DNA of 24,000 nucleotides from Streptosporangiaceae bacterium. Lineage in GTDB: Bacteria > Actinomycetota > Actinomycetes > Streptosporangiales > Streptosporangiaceae. Each line of letters opens with the position of its first letter. Positions within the stretch are counted from its first letter, which is position 1. Below are positions 14,785-22,247 of this stretch, one piece after another. The notes under the pieces were generated by a model. The model did not search any database. It saw nothing but the letters and a program-made list of their open reading frames with translations, and was not told the DNA's origin. The translations under genes and the position numbers were made by a program. The DNA lies in contig DATLSX010000038.1 in assembly GCA_035533915.1 (NCBI GenBank), forward strand, positions 81,019 through 105,018, read 5' to 3'.

Positions 14785-15474
14785 CTACCAGGATTCGAGC
14801 AGGGCCGGCAACTCGGACAGCCGGCTGATCACCGCGTCCGGCCTGGCGTCTTCGAACGGCGGCACTTCCGAGTTCGGGAGCAACACAGCGCGCATTCCGA
14901 CGCTCTTCGCCCCGTGGATGTCGTCCCAGGGCCGGTCTCCGACGAAAACGCAGCGGTTGGCTTGGCTCACGCCCACCGCGGTCATTGCCGCGAGGAACGC
15001 CTCTGGGTGCGGCTTGGTCCAGTCGATCTCGCTGCTGTAGACGGCGCCGTCGACTAGGTGCAGGATGCCATCGCGCCGGAATACCTCTTCGTGCCAGTTT
15101 CGCGGCCATAGCGTGTTGGACAGGACCCCGATCTTGATGCCCCGCGATCGCAGCGAGCCGAGTACCGCGGCTCCATCCGGATCGGTAAGGGTGTGCGGCT
15201 CCCAGGCGCTCAGGTAACTGGAGATCAGGGCGTCCGTCGGATCGATGCCGGCGCGCTGGAGTACGCCGAAGATCGTGGCGCTGCGCAGTTCGGTCCGCGC
15301 TCGTTCCCATAGCTCATCCTCAGCCGCACATGCGGCAGCGGCACGTTCGAGATGATCGGGAAAGTGCGGCGCGCACACCGAACGCCACAGCTCAAGCTGG
15401 TCGATGGTGTGCCAGGGAGTCAGCGTGCCACCCCAGTCGAAAATCACAGCCTCTATCGCCACGTCCTTGATCAT
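14785..15474 (-). CDS. HAD-superfamily hydrolase (subfamily IA-like phosphatase)
   Basis: 229 aa. Motif I VIFDWGGTLT (DxG variant of DxD), motif II VLSNT, motifs III/IV KPHPEAF...FVGDRPWDDIHGAKSVGMRAVLL. Confidence 0.85.
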   Translation of the reverse strand: MIKDVAIEAVIFDWGGTLTPWHTIDQLELWRSVCAPHFPDHLERAAAACAAEDELWERARTELRSATIFGVLQRAGIDPTDALISSYLSAWEPHTLTDPDGAAVLGSLRSRGIKIGVLSNTLWPRNWHEEVFRRDGILHLVDGAVYSSEIDWTKPHPEAFLAAMTAVGVSQANRCVFVGDRPWDDIHGAKSVGMRAVLLPNSEVPPFEDARPDAVISRLSELPALLESW

Positions 15475-15908
15475 ATCCGCGGACTAGCTGCTCCTAGTGG
15501 CGAGATTGCCGGTTATGACCCGGTGCGACGCGCTTGGCGATTACCTGCTTCCGAGCCCAGAGCAAGGATTGCGGACGGCAGCGATACGTAACGATTGGCC
15601 TGGCCGTCCCTGACCGCTTCAAGGACACCGAGATGGCAGATTACGTGGGCGCTGCGCGCGCTCGACGTGGCGAGGGACCGGCTGGCCGGCGTGATCAAAT
15701 CAGAGCTTGAGTCGGCCGCCTTCGGTAATGTCCGATCCGGAATGTGGTCACGCAGATCGGAGCCCGCCAGGCGCTGATCGACACGGCGCACGACCTGGCG
15801 GCAGGCCGGGGTTAGCGCGACTCGCCTGGGAGCGGGCCGAGCGTGCGGGGTGCGGGTCAGCCTGGGACACTGGAAGCACGACTGTGCTCAGCCGAGAAAG
15901 GATGTGTG

Positions 15909-16202
15909 ATGGCCGACAAGGACAGCACAGTGCAGGTGCACGGCACGGTCTCAGGAGACGGCAGGGTGGCGAAGCGGGACTCCGACGACATCATCGCTGA
16001 GATCGAGCGCACCAGGCAGAACCTGGCACACACCATCGACTCGCTCGCGGACCGGGTCAGCCCGGCAAGCAACGTCCGGCGACTAAGGGAACGCGCGGCT
16101 GAGCAGCTGAGCAAGCCGGAGACCCAGCTTGCCGTGGCGGCGGTCGCCCTGGCGGTGACTGGTATCGTCATCTACCGGCTCTTCGGCCGCCGTCGGTCCT
16201 AG
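15909..16202 (+). CDS. DUF3618-domain small membrane-anchored protein
   Basis: Preferred start is ATG 15909 (GAAAGGA 7 nt upstream; the track ORF starts at 15843). DIIAEIERTRQNLAHTIDSLADRVSP is the typical DUF3618 helix. C-terminal TM is LAVAAVALAVTGIVIYRLF. Confidence 0.8.
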   Translation: MADKDSTVQVHGTVSGDGRVAKRDSDDIIAEIERTRQNLAHTIDSLADRVSPASNVRRLRERAAEQLSKPETQLAVAAVALAVTGIVIYRLFGRRRS

Positions 16203-16207
16203 CCGGT

Positions 16208-16243
16208 CGGCGGCGGCGCGCCCCCGTGCGCGTGCCGCCGCCG
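16208..16243 (+). terminator. GC-rich hairpin 6 nt after the DUF3618 stop (candidate intrinsic terminator, no U-tract)
   Basis: CGGCGGCGGC (16208-16217) pairs with GCCGCCGCCG (16234-16243). An inner GCGC/GCGC stem closes a CCCCGT loop. Confidence 0.5.
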
Positions 16244-16450
16244 GCCAGCGCAGGCTGGCGTCAGCGCACGGCTGCCGTCCAGCAGTCCCCGAATTCGGCT
16301 TGCCGAAACCGGTCATCCCAGTGGAGCTAGTGCATGACGACCGACGAACAGCCCGTCACCAGTTACCAGGAACGCCCGAATCCTGCGTCTGCGCACCAGG
16401 CGGCCTGGGAATGGGACGAGACTCTTTAGGCCGGCTCGGCTCGCTACTAC

Positions 16451-17125
16451 GTGACCGGGCGGATGCCGTACCCGGTGGCCGTGGCCGACGAGCTATACCG
16501 GGAACTAGACCTGGACGGCACCGGTCGTCTGCTCGATGTCGGCTGCGGACCGGGCGCTCTGACCTTGCTGCTTGCGCCGCTCTTCGAATCGGCCGTCGGC
16601 CTCGACGTTGACCAGGACATGATCGCCGTCGCGGCGGAGCGGGTGGAGCGCGCGGGCATCACCAACGTCGCCTGGCGAGTCCTGCGGGCAGAGAACATCT
16701 CGGCCGGCTTGGGAACCTTCCGGGTCGCGACCTTCGCCCAGTCATTTCACCGGCTGGACCGGCCTCGCGTGGTGCGGCTGGTGCGGCGGGCACTTGAGCC
16801 ACGCGGCTGGTTGGTGCTGGTGTACGCATCAACTCTGCCCGCTGGGTTCCCAGAGGACGACGATGCCGTGCTGGCCGCCGCCGGATTAACCGGACCGGTA
16901 CGGCTGGAGGTCGGCGGGGGAGCGGTCTGGGAGCGGACCGAGGACGAGATCGTGGCGTCGGTGTTCTCGCTGTCAAGTGCGACTCCGCACCTGTTCGGTG
17001 AGCGCCTGCACCAGTTCGAGCGCGAACTGCGCACCCTGCTGCGGCTCAGCTCCCCGGACGGGCGCTTCTGCGAACAGCGGCGTTCGATCGCGCTGCACGC
17101 GTGGCGAGCCGGCGAGCTGCCCTAG
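16451..17125 (+). CDS. Class I SAM-dependent methyltransferase (N-terminus possibly disrupted, see findings)
   Basis: 224 aa from GTG 16451. Motif I LLDVGCGPGALT, post-I DVDQDMI, plus FRVATFAQSFHRLD. The same frame upstream carries ATG 16334 and a TAG at 16427-16429. Confidence 0.85.
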   Translation: MTGRMPYPVAVADELYRELDLDGTGRLLDVGCGPGALTLLLAPLFESAVGLDVDQDMIAVAAERVERAGITNVAWRVLRAENISAGLGTFRVATFAQSFHRLDRPRVVRLVRRALEPRGWLVLVYASTLPAGFPEDDDAVLAAAGLTGPVRLEVGGGAVWERTEDEIVASVFSLSSATPHLFGERLHQFERELRTLLRLSSPDGRFCEQRRSIALHAWRAGELP

Positions 17126-17159
17126 CCCGCGCGGTGCGCCAGCGGGCGCCGGGGAGGCG

Positions 17160-17552
17160 TCATTGCTCCGCTTCCTGCGTGAGGGCGGCGTACTCGGCGG
17201 CGGAGAGCAGGCCGGGCGGCACCTGGTCGGCCGAGTCGAGCTGGATCTTGAACAGCCATCCCGCTCCGTACGGATCGGAGTTGACCAGCCCAGGATCCTC
17301 GTCGACTTCCGGGTTGACCTCGGTCACCTCGCCGTCGGTCGGGCAGTAGATGTCGCTGACCGACTTGGTCGACTCCACCTCGCCGCAGGGATCGCCCGCG
17401 GTCACTCGGGTCCCCGGTGCTGGCGCCGTGACATAGACCACGTCGCCGAGGGCACGCTGAGCGTAGTCGGTGATGCCGACCCGGGCGATCGAGTCCGTGA
17501 TCGCCACCCACTCGTGCTCGGCCGTGTAGTACAGCTCTTCGGGAACGCTCAT
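17160..17552 (-). CDS. gcvH: Glycine cleavage system H protein (lipoyl carrier)
   Basis: 130 aa. YTAEHEWV, GITDYAQxxLGDVVYV, lipoyl-lysine motif EVESTKSVSDIY, DPYGAGWLFK. Confidence 0.95.
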   Translation of the reverse strand: MSVPEELYYTAEHEWVAITDSIARVGITDYAQRALGDVVYVTAPAPGTRVTAGDPCGEVESTKSVSDIYCPTDGEVTEVNPEVDEDPGLVNSDPYGAGWLFKIQLDSADQVPPGLLSAAEYAALTQEAEQ

Positions 17553-17680
17553 GGTGTCACCCTTCTCCTGCCGGTTTCCGGTGCCGCACTCGCCCGTCTG
17601 GAGCGCGGCACCCGCTGAGCGATATTCGTTATCCTTGGTGTTCTTGTTGCCAACGCTGTTGGTGCCCGGTTCGAGCCAGC

Positions 17681-18862
17681 TCAGTCTCGTGCGGGCCTGC
17701 GGTAAAACGGCAGCGGCACCAGGGCCGCGGGTTCGGCTTTGCCGCGGATGTCGAACGCGAGCGGTCCGCCGGGGCCGAAGTACTCGGCATCCGCCTGGCC
17801 AGCCGTTTCGGCCTCATGCGCCGACTGCGCGCCGCGCGCTACGTCCGCGGCGATGTAGGCCATCGCGATCGGCTTGCCGAGGGTGGGGGATGGCGCCCCG
17901 CTCGTAACGGTTCCGCACGGTACGCCGTCCCACAGCACCGGGTAACCGTGCCTGGGGATCCGCCTGGTCAGCCCGACCAGGCCGACCAGGACTCGGGACG
18001 GCTCTTGCCGCGATCGCTGCGCCAGGGCGGCGCGGCCGACGAAGTCGGCTGGCTTGTCCAGCTTGACGACCCGGCCCAGGCCGGCATCGAACGGGGTGAC
18101 GTCCCGGCTGAGCTCGTTGCCGTAGAGCGGCATTCCGGCCTCGAGCCGCAACGAGTCGCGCGCAGCCAGGCCTGCCGGGACCAGTCCGTCGCCGCGGCCG
18201 GCTTCGGTGAGCGCCTGCCAGACGGTACCCGCGTCCGCTGGCGTCGCGAAGATCTCGAACCCGTCCTCGCCGGTGTAGCCGGTCCTGGCCAGAAGTGCCG
18301 TGCACCCGGCGACCACGGCAGGGTAACTGGCGTAGTACCGCACCTGGTCCAGGTCCACGTCGGTCAGTCCGGCCAGGATTCCTGCTGACCTCGGGCCCTG
18401 GATCGCGATCAGCGCGTAGTCGTCGGTGCGGTCGGCGACGGCCGCGTCGTGGCCCTCGGCACGCGCGGCCAGTTCGGCCGCGACGGTACGGGCGTTCGAT
18501 GCGTTCGCGACGACGAGGAACTCCTCGTCGGCGAGCCGGTAGACGATCAGGTCGTCGATGACCCCGCCGTCCGGTGCGCAGATCATCGTGTACCTGGCCC
18601 GGCCGGGCACGATGGCCGACGCCGCGCCGACGAGCGCGTAATCCAGGGCGGCCGCCGCGCCTGGACCGGTCACGAACAGTTCGCCCATGTGGGACAGATC
18701 GAACAGGCCAGCTGCTGACCTGACCGCGTTGTGCTCGGCGGTTTCGCTGCCGTAGCGCAGCGGCATCAGCCAGCCCGCGAAGTCGGTCATGGTCGCGCCA
18801 AGTCCCTCGTGCACGTCGGCCAGCGGAGTGCGCCGGACGGCCGGGGACTGCTGATCTGGCAT
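17681..18862 (-). CDS. gcvT: Glycine cleavage system aminomethyltransferase (T protein)
   Basis: The track ORF runs to 19144, but ATG 18862 (MPDQQSPAVRRTPLADVHEGLGATMTDFAGWLMPLRYGSE) is preceded by AGGAG and gives a typical 393-aa GcvT. Also FDLSHMGE, RTGYTGEDGFE and LEAGMPLYGNEL. Confidence 0.93.
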   Translation of the reverse strand: MPDQQSPAVRRTPLADVHEGLGATMTDFAGWLMPLRYGSETAEHNAVRSAAGLFDLSHMGELFVTGPGAAAALDYALVGAASAIVPGRARYTMICAPDGGVIDDLIVYRLADEEFLVVANASNARTVAAELAARAEGHDAAVADRTDDYALIAIQGPRSAGILAGLTDVDLDQVRYYASYPAVVAGCTALLARTGYTGEDGFEIFATPADAGTVWQALTEAGRGDGLVPAGLAARDSLRLEAGMPLYGNELSRDVTPFDAGLGRVVKLDKPADFVGRAALAQRSRQEPSRVLVGLVGLTRRIPRHGYPVLWDGVPCGTVTSGAPSPTLGKPIAMAYIAADVARGAQSAHEAETAGQADAEYFGPGGPLAFDIRGKAEPAALVPLPFYRRPARD

Positions 18863-19028
18863 GGGTGACTCCTGGGGCGACAGGATGGTCGGCGGAGCGC
18901 GGCGCATCCGGCTGACGATGCGCCAGCCGGCGCGGTAGTGCTGGCTCAGCCTATCGCTGAGCGGATTTGGCCGGCTGCCCGGCGCGGCCCGACTGGCCGT
19001 ACGGGCGGTGTGCTGCGACGATGGAACT

Positions 19029-19307
19029 ATGACGCTGCTTACCGATGACGAGATCACGGCCGCACTCGGCCGCGCGCCCGGCTGGGAACAGGCCGGCAAC
19101 GCGATCACCCGCACGGTCAAGCTGGGAGATTTCCGTGATGCCATGCTCTACGTGGGGGCCGTGGCACACCTGGCTCAGTCCGCCAACCATCACCCGGACA
19201 TCGCGATCTCCTGGAACCAGGTCACGCTGACCTTGTCGACCCACTCGGCCGGAGGGCTGACCGAGGCCGACTTTGCCCTGGCCGGCCAGATCAGCGCCCT
19301 GCCGTAA
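19029..19307 (+). CDS. 4a-hydroxytetrahydrobiopterin (pterin-4-alpha-carbinolamine) dehydratase, PCD/DCoH family
   Basis: 92 aa from ATG 19029 (the track ORF starts at GTG 19008). LTDDEITAAL...W, F.DFRDAMLYVGAVAHLAQSANHHPDI..SWNQVTLTLSTHSAGGLTEAD carries the HHPD signature. Confidence 0.9.
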   Translation: MTLLTDDEITAALGRAPGWEQAGNAITRTVKLGDFRDAMLYVGAVAHLAQSANHHPDIAISWNQVTLTLSTHSAGGLTEADFALAGQISALP

Positions 19308-19525
19308 GTTCTGCTCAGGCGGTAAGGGCACCGTCACGGCTAAGGTCGGCTGCCGAGCATTCGTCCGCGACCTGCTGGAGCGGCAGGCCGAGTACTGCCG
19401 CGAGCGCGGCGACGGTGAAGAACGCCGGGGTGGATCGAGGCGATCGGTGCCTCCGGGCGGGTGGTGGCGCGAGCCCTGGCCGCCGTGCGCGCCGCGGCGA
19501 CAGCGGGCACCCAGCACTTGACTGC

Positions 19526-19561
19526 GGGCTGATGCCGGGCTGATGCCGGGCTGATGCCGGG
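19526..19561. repeat. 11-bp tandem repeat (GGGCTGATGCC) x3.3
   Basis: GGGCTGATGCC GGGCTGATGCC GGGCTGATGCC GGG, read directly. It lies in the convergent PCD/P450 spacer. Confidence 0.95.
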
Positions 19562-19570
19562 TTTGTGATC

Positions 19571-19620
19571 TTGTCCTGCGGACGGAGCCGCGCCCCCGTG
19601 CGGCGCCGTCCGCAGGACAA
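19571..19620. other. Long interrupted inverted repeat (15-bp outer stem plus 5-bp inner stem, C-rich apical loop); function unknown
   Basis: TTGTCCTGCGGACGG (19571-19585) pairs with CCGTCCGCAGGACAA (19606-19620). An inner GCCGC/GCGGC stem closes GCCCCCGT. No flanking U/A tract on either strand. Confidence 0.6.
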
Positions 19621-19915
19621 TGACCCTGCCGCTCGTCGCTGCCCTCGTATCGACGCGTGCCCTGTCCTGGCCGTTGAGCCAGAACGGCACCGCGTCCCCC
19701 GGACGAAGGCCCCCCTCCGCGACGCGCGGCTTCCCCCATTCCCCGACGGCCCACTTCTGCGGTCCGGCAGAAGCCGGAAGTGCGCCGCCTGAGGTTCTAG
19801 TTATACACGTTGTCCAGGCAAGACTACAGGGAGTTACAGAAATGACACTCACAGTTACGTCCTGAGCTGGCCGAGGGATCCGGTGCCGTGGTGCTCGCGC
19901 GGTGCCTGCCGGCGG

Positions 19916-21187
19916 CTAGCCGATTTCGCAGGGCAGGCGCTTGATGCCGTTGATAAAGCTGGAGAGCAGGCGGTCGGGCTCACCGGCGGCGCGGATGTTC
20001 GGCACCCGGTGCAACAACTCGCGCAGCATGACCGTGATCTCGCGCCTGGCCAGGTGCGCGCCGAGGCAGAAGTGCGGGCCGGCACCGCCAAAGCCGACAT
20101 GCGGATTCGGCGAGCGGGTGATGTCGAAACGATCCGTGCCAGAGCCGAAGACCGATTCGTCACGGTTGGCGGACCAGTACATCAGCGCGCACTTGTCGCC
20201 TTCGCGGTACTGGTAACCGTTGATCACCGCATCACGGGTCACCGTCCGGCGCATCCAGATCACTGGCGACACGTACCTGACGATCTCCTCGGTCGCGGCG
20301 GCGATCCGGCCGTCAAAGTCGGCGAGCAGCAACTCGCGCTGGTCGGGGTGCTCGGTCAGCAGCACCAGTGCATGCGTGAGGGCGGTCCGGGTTGTCTCGT
20401 TCCCCGCTACGACGAGCAAGATGAAGAAGGAGGCCAGCTCGGCTGGCGCGAGGTGCTCGCCGTCAACGTTGGCGGTGGCTAGCGCGGTGATCAGGTCGCT
20501 GCCTTGGCTGCCGGCCCGTTCGGATGCCAGCGTGGTCACCATATCCGCGAGCTCGCCGCCCGCGGTCAGGAGCTGGGCGACCGCCGTGTCCATGTCTTCG
20601 CTGAGGAATTCGGGATCCCCGCCGGCCAAGATGATGTTGGTGTTCCGCAGCACGTTCTCGTAGTGCTCGTCACCCATCCCCATCATGTCGCAGATGATCT
20701 TCAGCGGCAGCCGGGCAGCTACGTTCTGGACAAAGTCGCACGGCCCGGTCGCCAGCAGGTCGTCGGCAATCTTGGCGGCGGTGCGCTGGACATCGTCTTC
20801 GAACTGCTTGATCATCCTTGGCGTAAACGCACGGGAAACGATCCGGCGCAGCCTGGCATGCCGGGGATCGTCCATGTTGATCATCGAGCCGAAGTACTCG
20901 TTGAACTCCGGCGGCAGGTCGACAAGGCTGGTCGCGCCCTGGGCAGAGGAGAAGATGTCCGGGTGGCGGCTGGCCTCAAGCACGTCCGCATGCTTGACCA
21001 GCGCGTAGTACCCCTGTCCCTCGGTGGTGAACGGCGTCTCAGGGTCCGCGTAGTAGGGCGGAGAGTCGAGCTGACGAAGCTTGGCGAACGCTGCGTGCCG
21101 CCCGGTAAGCGGCAGCGCCCAGAACTCGTTCTGCGACAGGTCAATGTCACCGGTGGCAGGGGTGGGAGATGGTGCGGACGTGCTCAC
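19916..21187 (-). CDS. Cytochrome P450, CYP124/CYP125/CYP142-like (lipid/sterol side-chain hydroxylase clan)
   Basis: 423 aa, GTG start 21187 with GGAAGG upstream. I-helix VVAGNETTRTAL, ExxR EEIVRY, heme loop FGGAGPHFCLGAHLARRE. The N-terminal half (FWALP...GYYALVKHADVLEASRHPDIFSS, GSMINMDDPRHARLRRIVSRAFTPR, LPLKIICDMMGM) resembles mycobacterial CYP124/125/142. Confidence 0.9.
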   Translation of the reverse strand: MSTSAPSPTPATGDIDLSQNEFWALPLTGRHAAFAKLRQLDSPPYYADPETPFTTEGQGYYALVKHADVLEASRHPDIFSSAQGATSLVDLPPEFNEYFGSMINMDDPRHARLRRIVSRAFTPRMIKQFEDDVQRTAAKIADDLLATGPCDFVQNVAARLPLKIICDMMGMGDEHYENVLRNTNIILAGGDPEFLSEDMDTAVAQLLTAGGELADMVTTLASERAGSQGSDLITALATANVDGEHLAPAELASFFILLVVAGNETTRTALTHALVLLTEHPDQRELLLADFDGRIAAATEEIVRYVSPVIWMRRTVTRDAVINGYQYREGDKCALMYWSANRDESVFGSGTDRFDITRSPNPHVGFGGAGPHFCLGAHLARREITVMLRELLHRVPNIRAAGEPDRLLSSFINGIKRLPCEIG

Positions 21188-21239
21188 GGTGTGCCACCTT
21201 CCAGGTCAGTTCAGTTCAGTACATATTGACAGAGCATGC

Positions 21240-21272
21240 GTCACCATCGCTAGGGGTCCGCTATATGGTGAC
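21240..21272. promoter_or_regulatory. Perfect 8-bp inverted repeat with 17-bp spacer upstream of the P450 gene (candidate operator)
   Basis: GTCACCAT (21240-21247) ... ATGGTGAC (21265-21272), 53-85 nt upstream of the P450 start codon. The surrounding sequence is unusually AT-rich (CAGTTCAGTTCAGTACATATTGACAGAGCATG). Confidence 0.35.
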
Positions 21273-21349
21273 CTAGCCCCGTTTGCCCCTGGCGAACGGT
21301 GCTGTACCTGCCTGGCGGCCCCGCGCCTGCCGGGAGGTCCCGCCAGCGC

Positions 21350-22021
21350 TCAGGAGTCTGCCGATATGAGCCTGGGCAGGTAACCGAGCACGTCCACGAG
21401 TTGCCCGACCGAGATCTTGCCCTTGCGCAGGATCGTTGCTTCCGCGCCGCCGCAGTCGACGATCGTGCTGAGCGTGGTGGGACTGATCTTCCCGCAATCC
21501 AGGAAGATCGAGACCTGACCGGCAAGATCGGCGGCGGAGTCCGGGCCCTCGACGATGGCGCTGGTCGCACTGCGCGCGGCCGAGGCCAGCAGCGGCCCAG
21601 TTCTCGTCAGCAATTCGACGGCCACGTCGTTGCCCGGCACCCGCACCTGCACCAGGCGTTCGTCACCACCGATGTGCCAGCGCAACGACGGAGAGGCAGG
21701 AACGATGAGGGTCAGCGGGCCGGGCCAGAATGCGTCGGCAAGCTTCCGGGCGCTTTCCGGGGCGTTCAAGGACACTCCGTCGAGCACCTGCTTGTCGCTT
21801 ATCAAGACTTGCAGGGGAGTAATCTCGTCGACTCCTTTCACCGAGCGAATGGCGTGGGCCGGAGACTCGGCAAACGCATAACCCGCCAGCGCGTATGCTG
21901 TATCCGTCGGAATGACGATGAGGTTTTGGCTGAAGACCGCGGAGACAGCGGCGGCGATGCCCTGCGATCGCGCGTCCTGGTCCGTGCAGTCGAAGATCTG
22001 CACCGCGTGGCTCCCATTCAA
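21350..22021 (-). CDS. YrdC/Sua5/YciO-family protein, paralogue 1 (stand-alone YrdC domain; catalytic tetrad partly substituted)
   Basis: The track ORF starts at TTG 22021. GTG 22003, preceded by GGGAG 7 nt upstream, is a better start. VIPTDTAYAL, FWPGPLTLIV, VRVPGNDVAVELL, LSTIVDC, ILRKGKIS. The KxR position reads KGV and the SxN position reads SAA. Confidence 0.85.
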   Translation of the reverse strand: MNGSHAVQIFDCTDQDARSQGIAAAVSAVFSQNLIVIPTDTAYALAGYAFAESPAHAIRSVKGVDEITPLQVLISDKQVLDGVSLNAPESARKLADAFWPGPLTLIVPASPSLRWHIGGDERLVQVRVPGNDVAVELLTRTGPLLASAARSATSAIVEGPDSAADLAGQVSIFLDCGKISPTTLSTIVDCGGAEATILRKGKISVGQLVDVLGYLPRLISADS

Positions 22022-22247
22022 CAGATCCCGTGCGGGCAGGCTGCTCGGGTCCAGCCTCCGGTCCGGGCACGCGCGACATCCTTCTCGCCTCGCGTGTCGC
22101 CTGCGGGGTCACGCTAGCATGACGGCTGGTAATAACGTGGAGCCGGGCGAGTGGCAGCAGCCCTTGCCTGCATGAAGCTGCCGGTGCCGCGTGGTGAACG
22201 TATCCGGCCGGGGGCCGCGGCTCGGGACCGACAAGGAGCATGCACGC

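Noticed and set aside
15513-15791. 92-aa minus-strand ORF whose tail (SLATSSARSAHVICHLGVLEAVRDGQANRYVSLPSAILALGSEAG) looks like an IclR-type winged-helix N-terminus
   Set aside because: The resemblance covers only ~45 residues by eye, there is no effector domain, third-position GC is poor for this genome, and no convincing RBS is present. It is at best a decayed remnant in the HAD/DUF3618 divergent region and is not reported as a feature.
16427-16429. Linking the in-frame TAG of the methyltransferase to the unusual tRNA as an amber suppressor
   Set aside because: The tRNA anticodon is 5'-UAG-3', which pairs with CUA (Leu) codons. An amber suppressor would need 5'-CUA-3'. There is no sequence support for a connection.
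17553-17680. Glycine riboswitch in the gcvT-gcvH spacer (and in the gcvT leader)
   Set aside because: The conserved glycine-riboswitch cores are not visible on the minus strand; only generic GC hairpins are present. Kept as a finding to be tested with a covariance model, not annotated as a feature.
19340-19865. Track ORFs 19340..19852(-), 19565..19792(+) and 19620..19865(+) in the convergent spacer
   Set aside because: They run through the tandem repeat and the long hairpin, are Arg/Pro-rich with no motifs, and conflict with one another. They are not supportable as genes.
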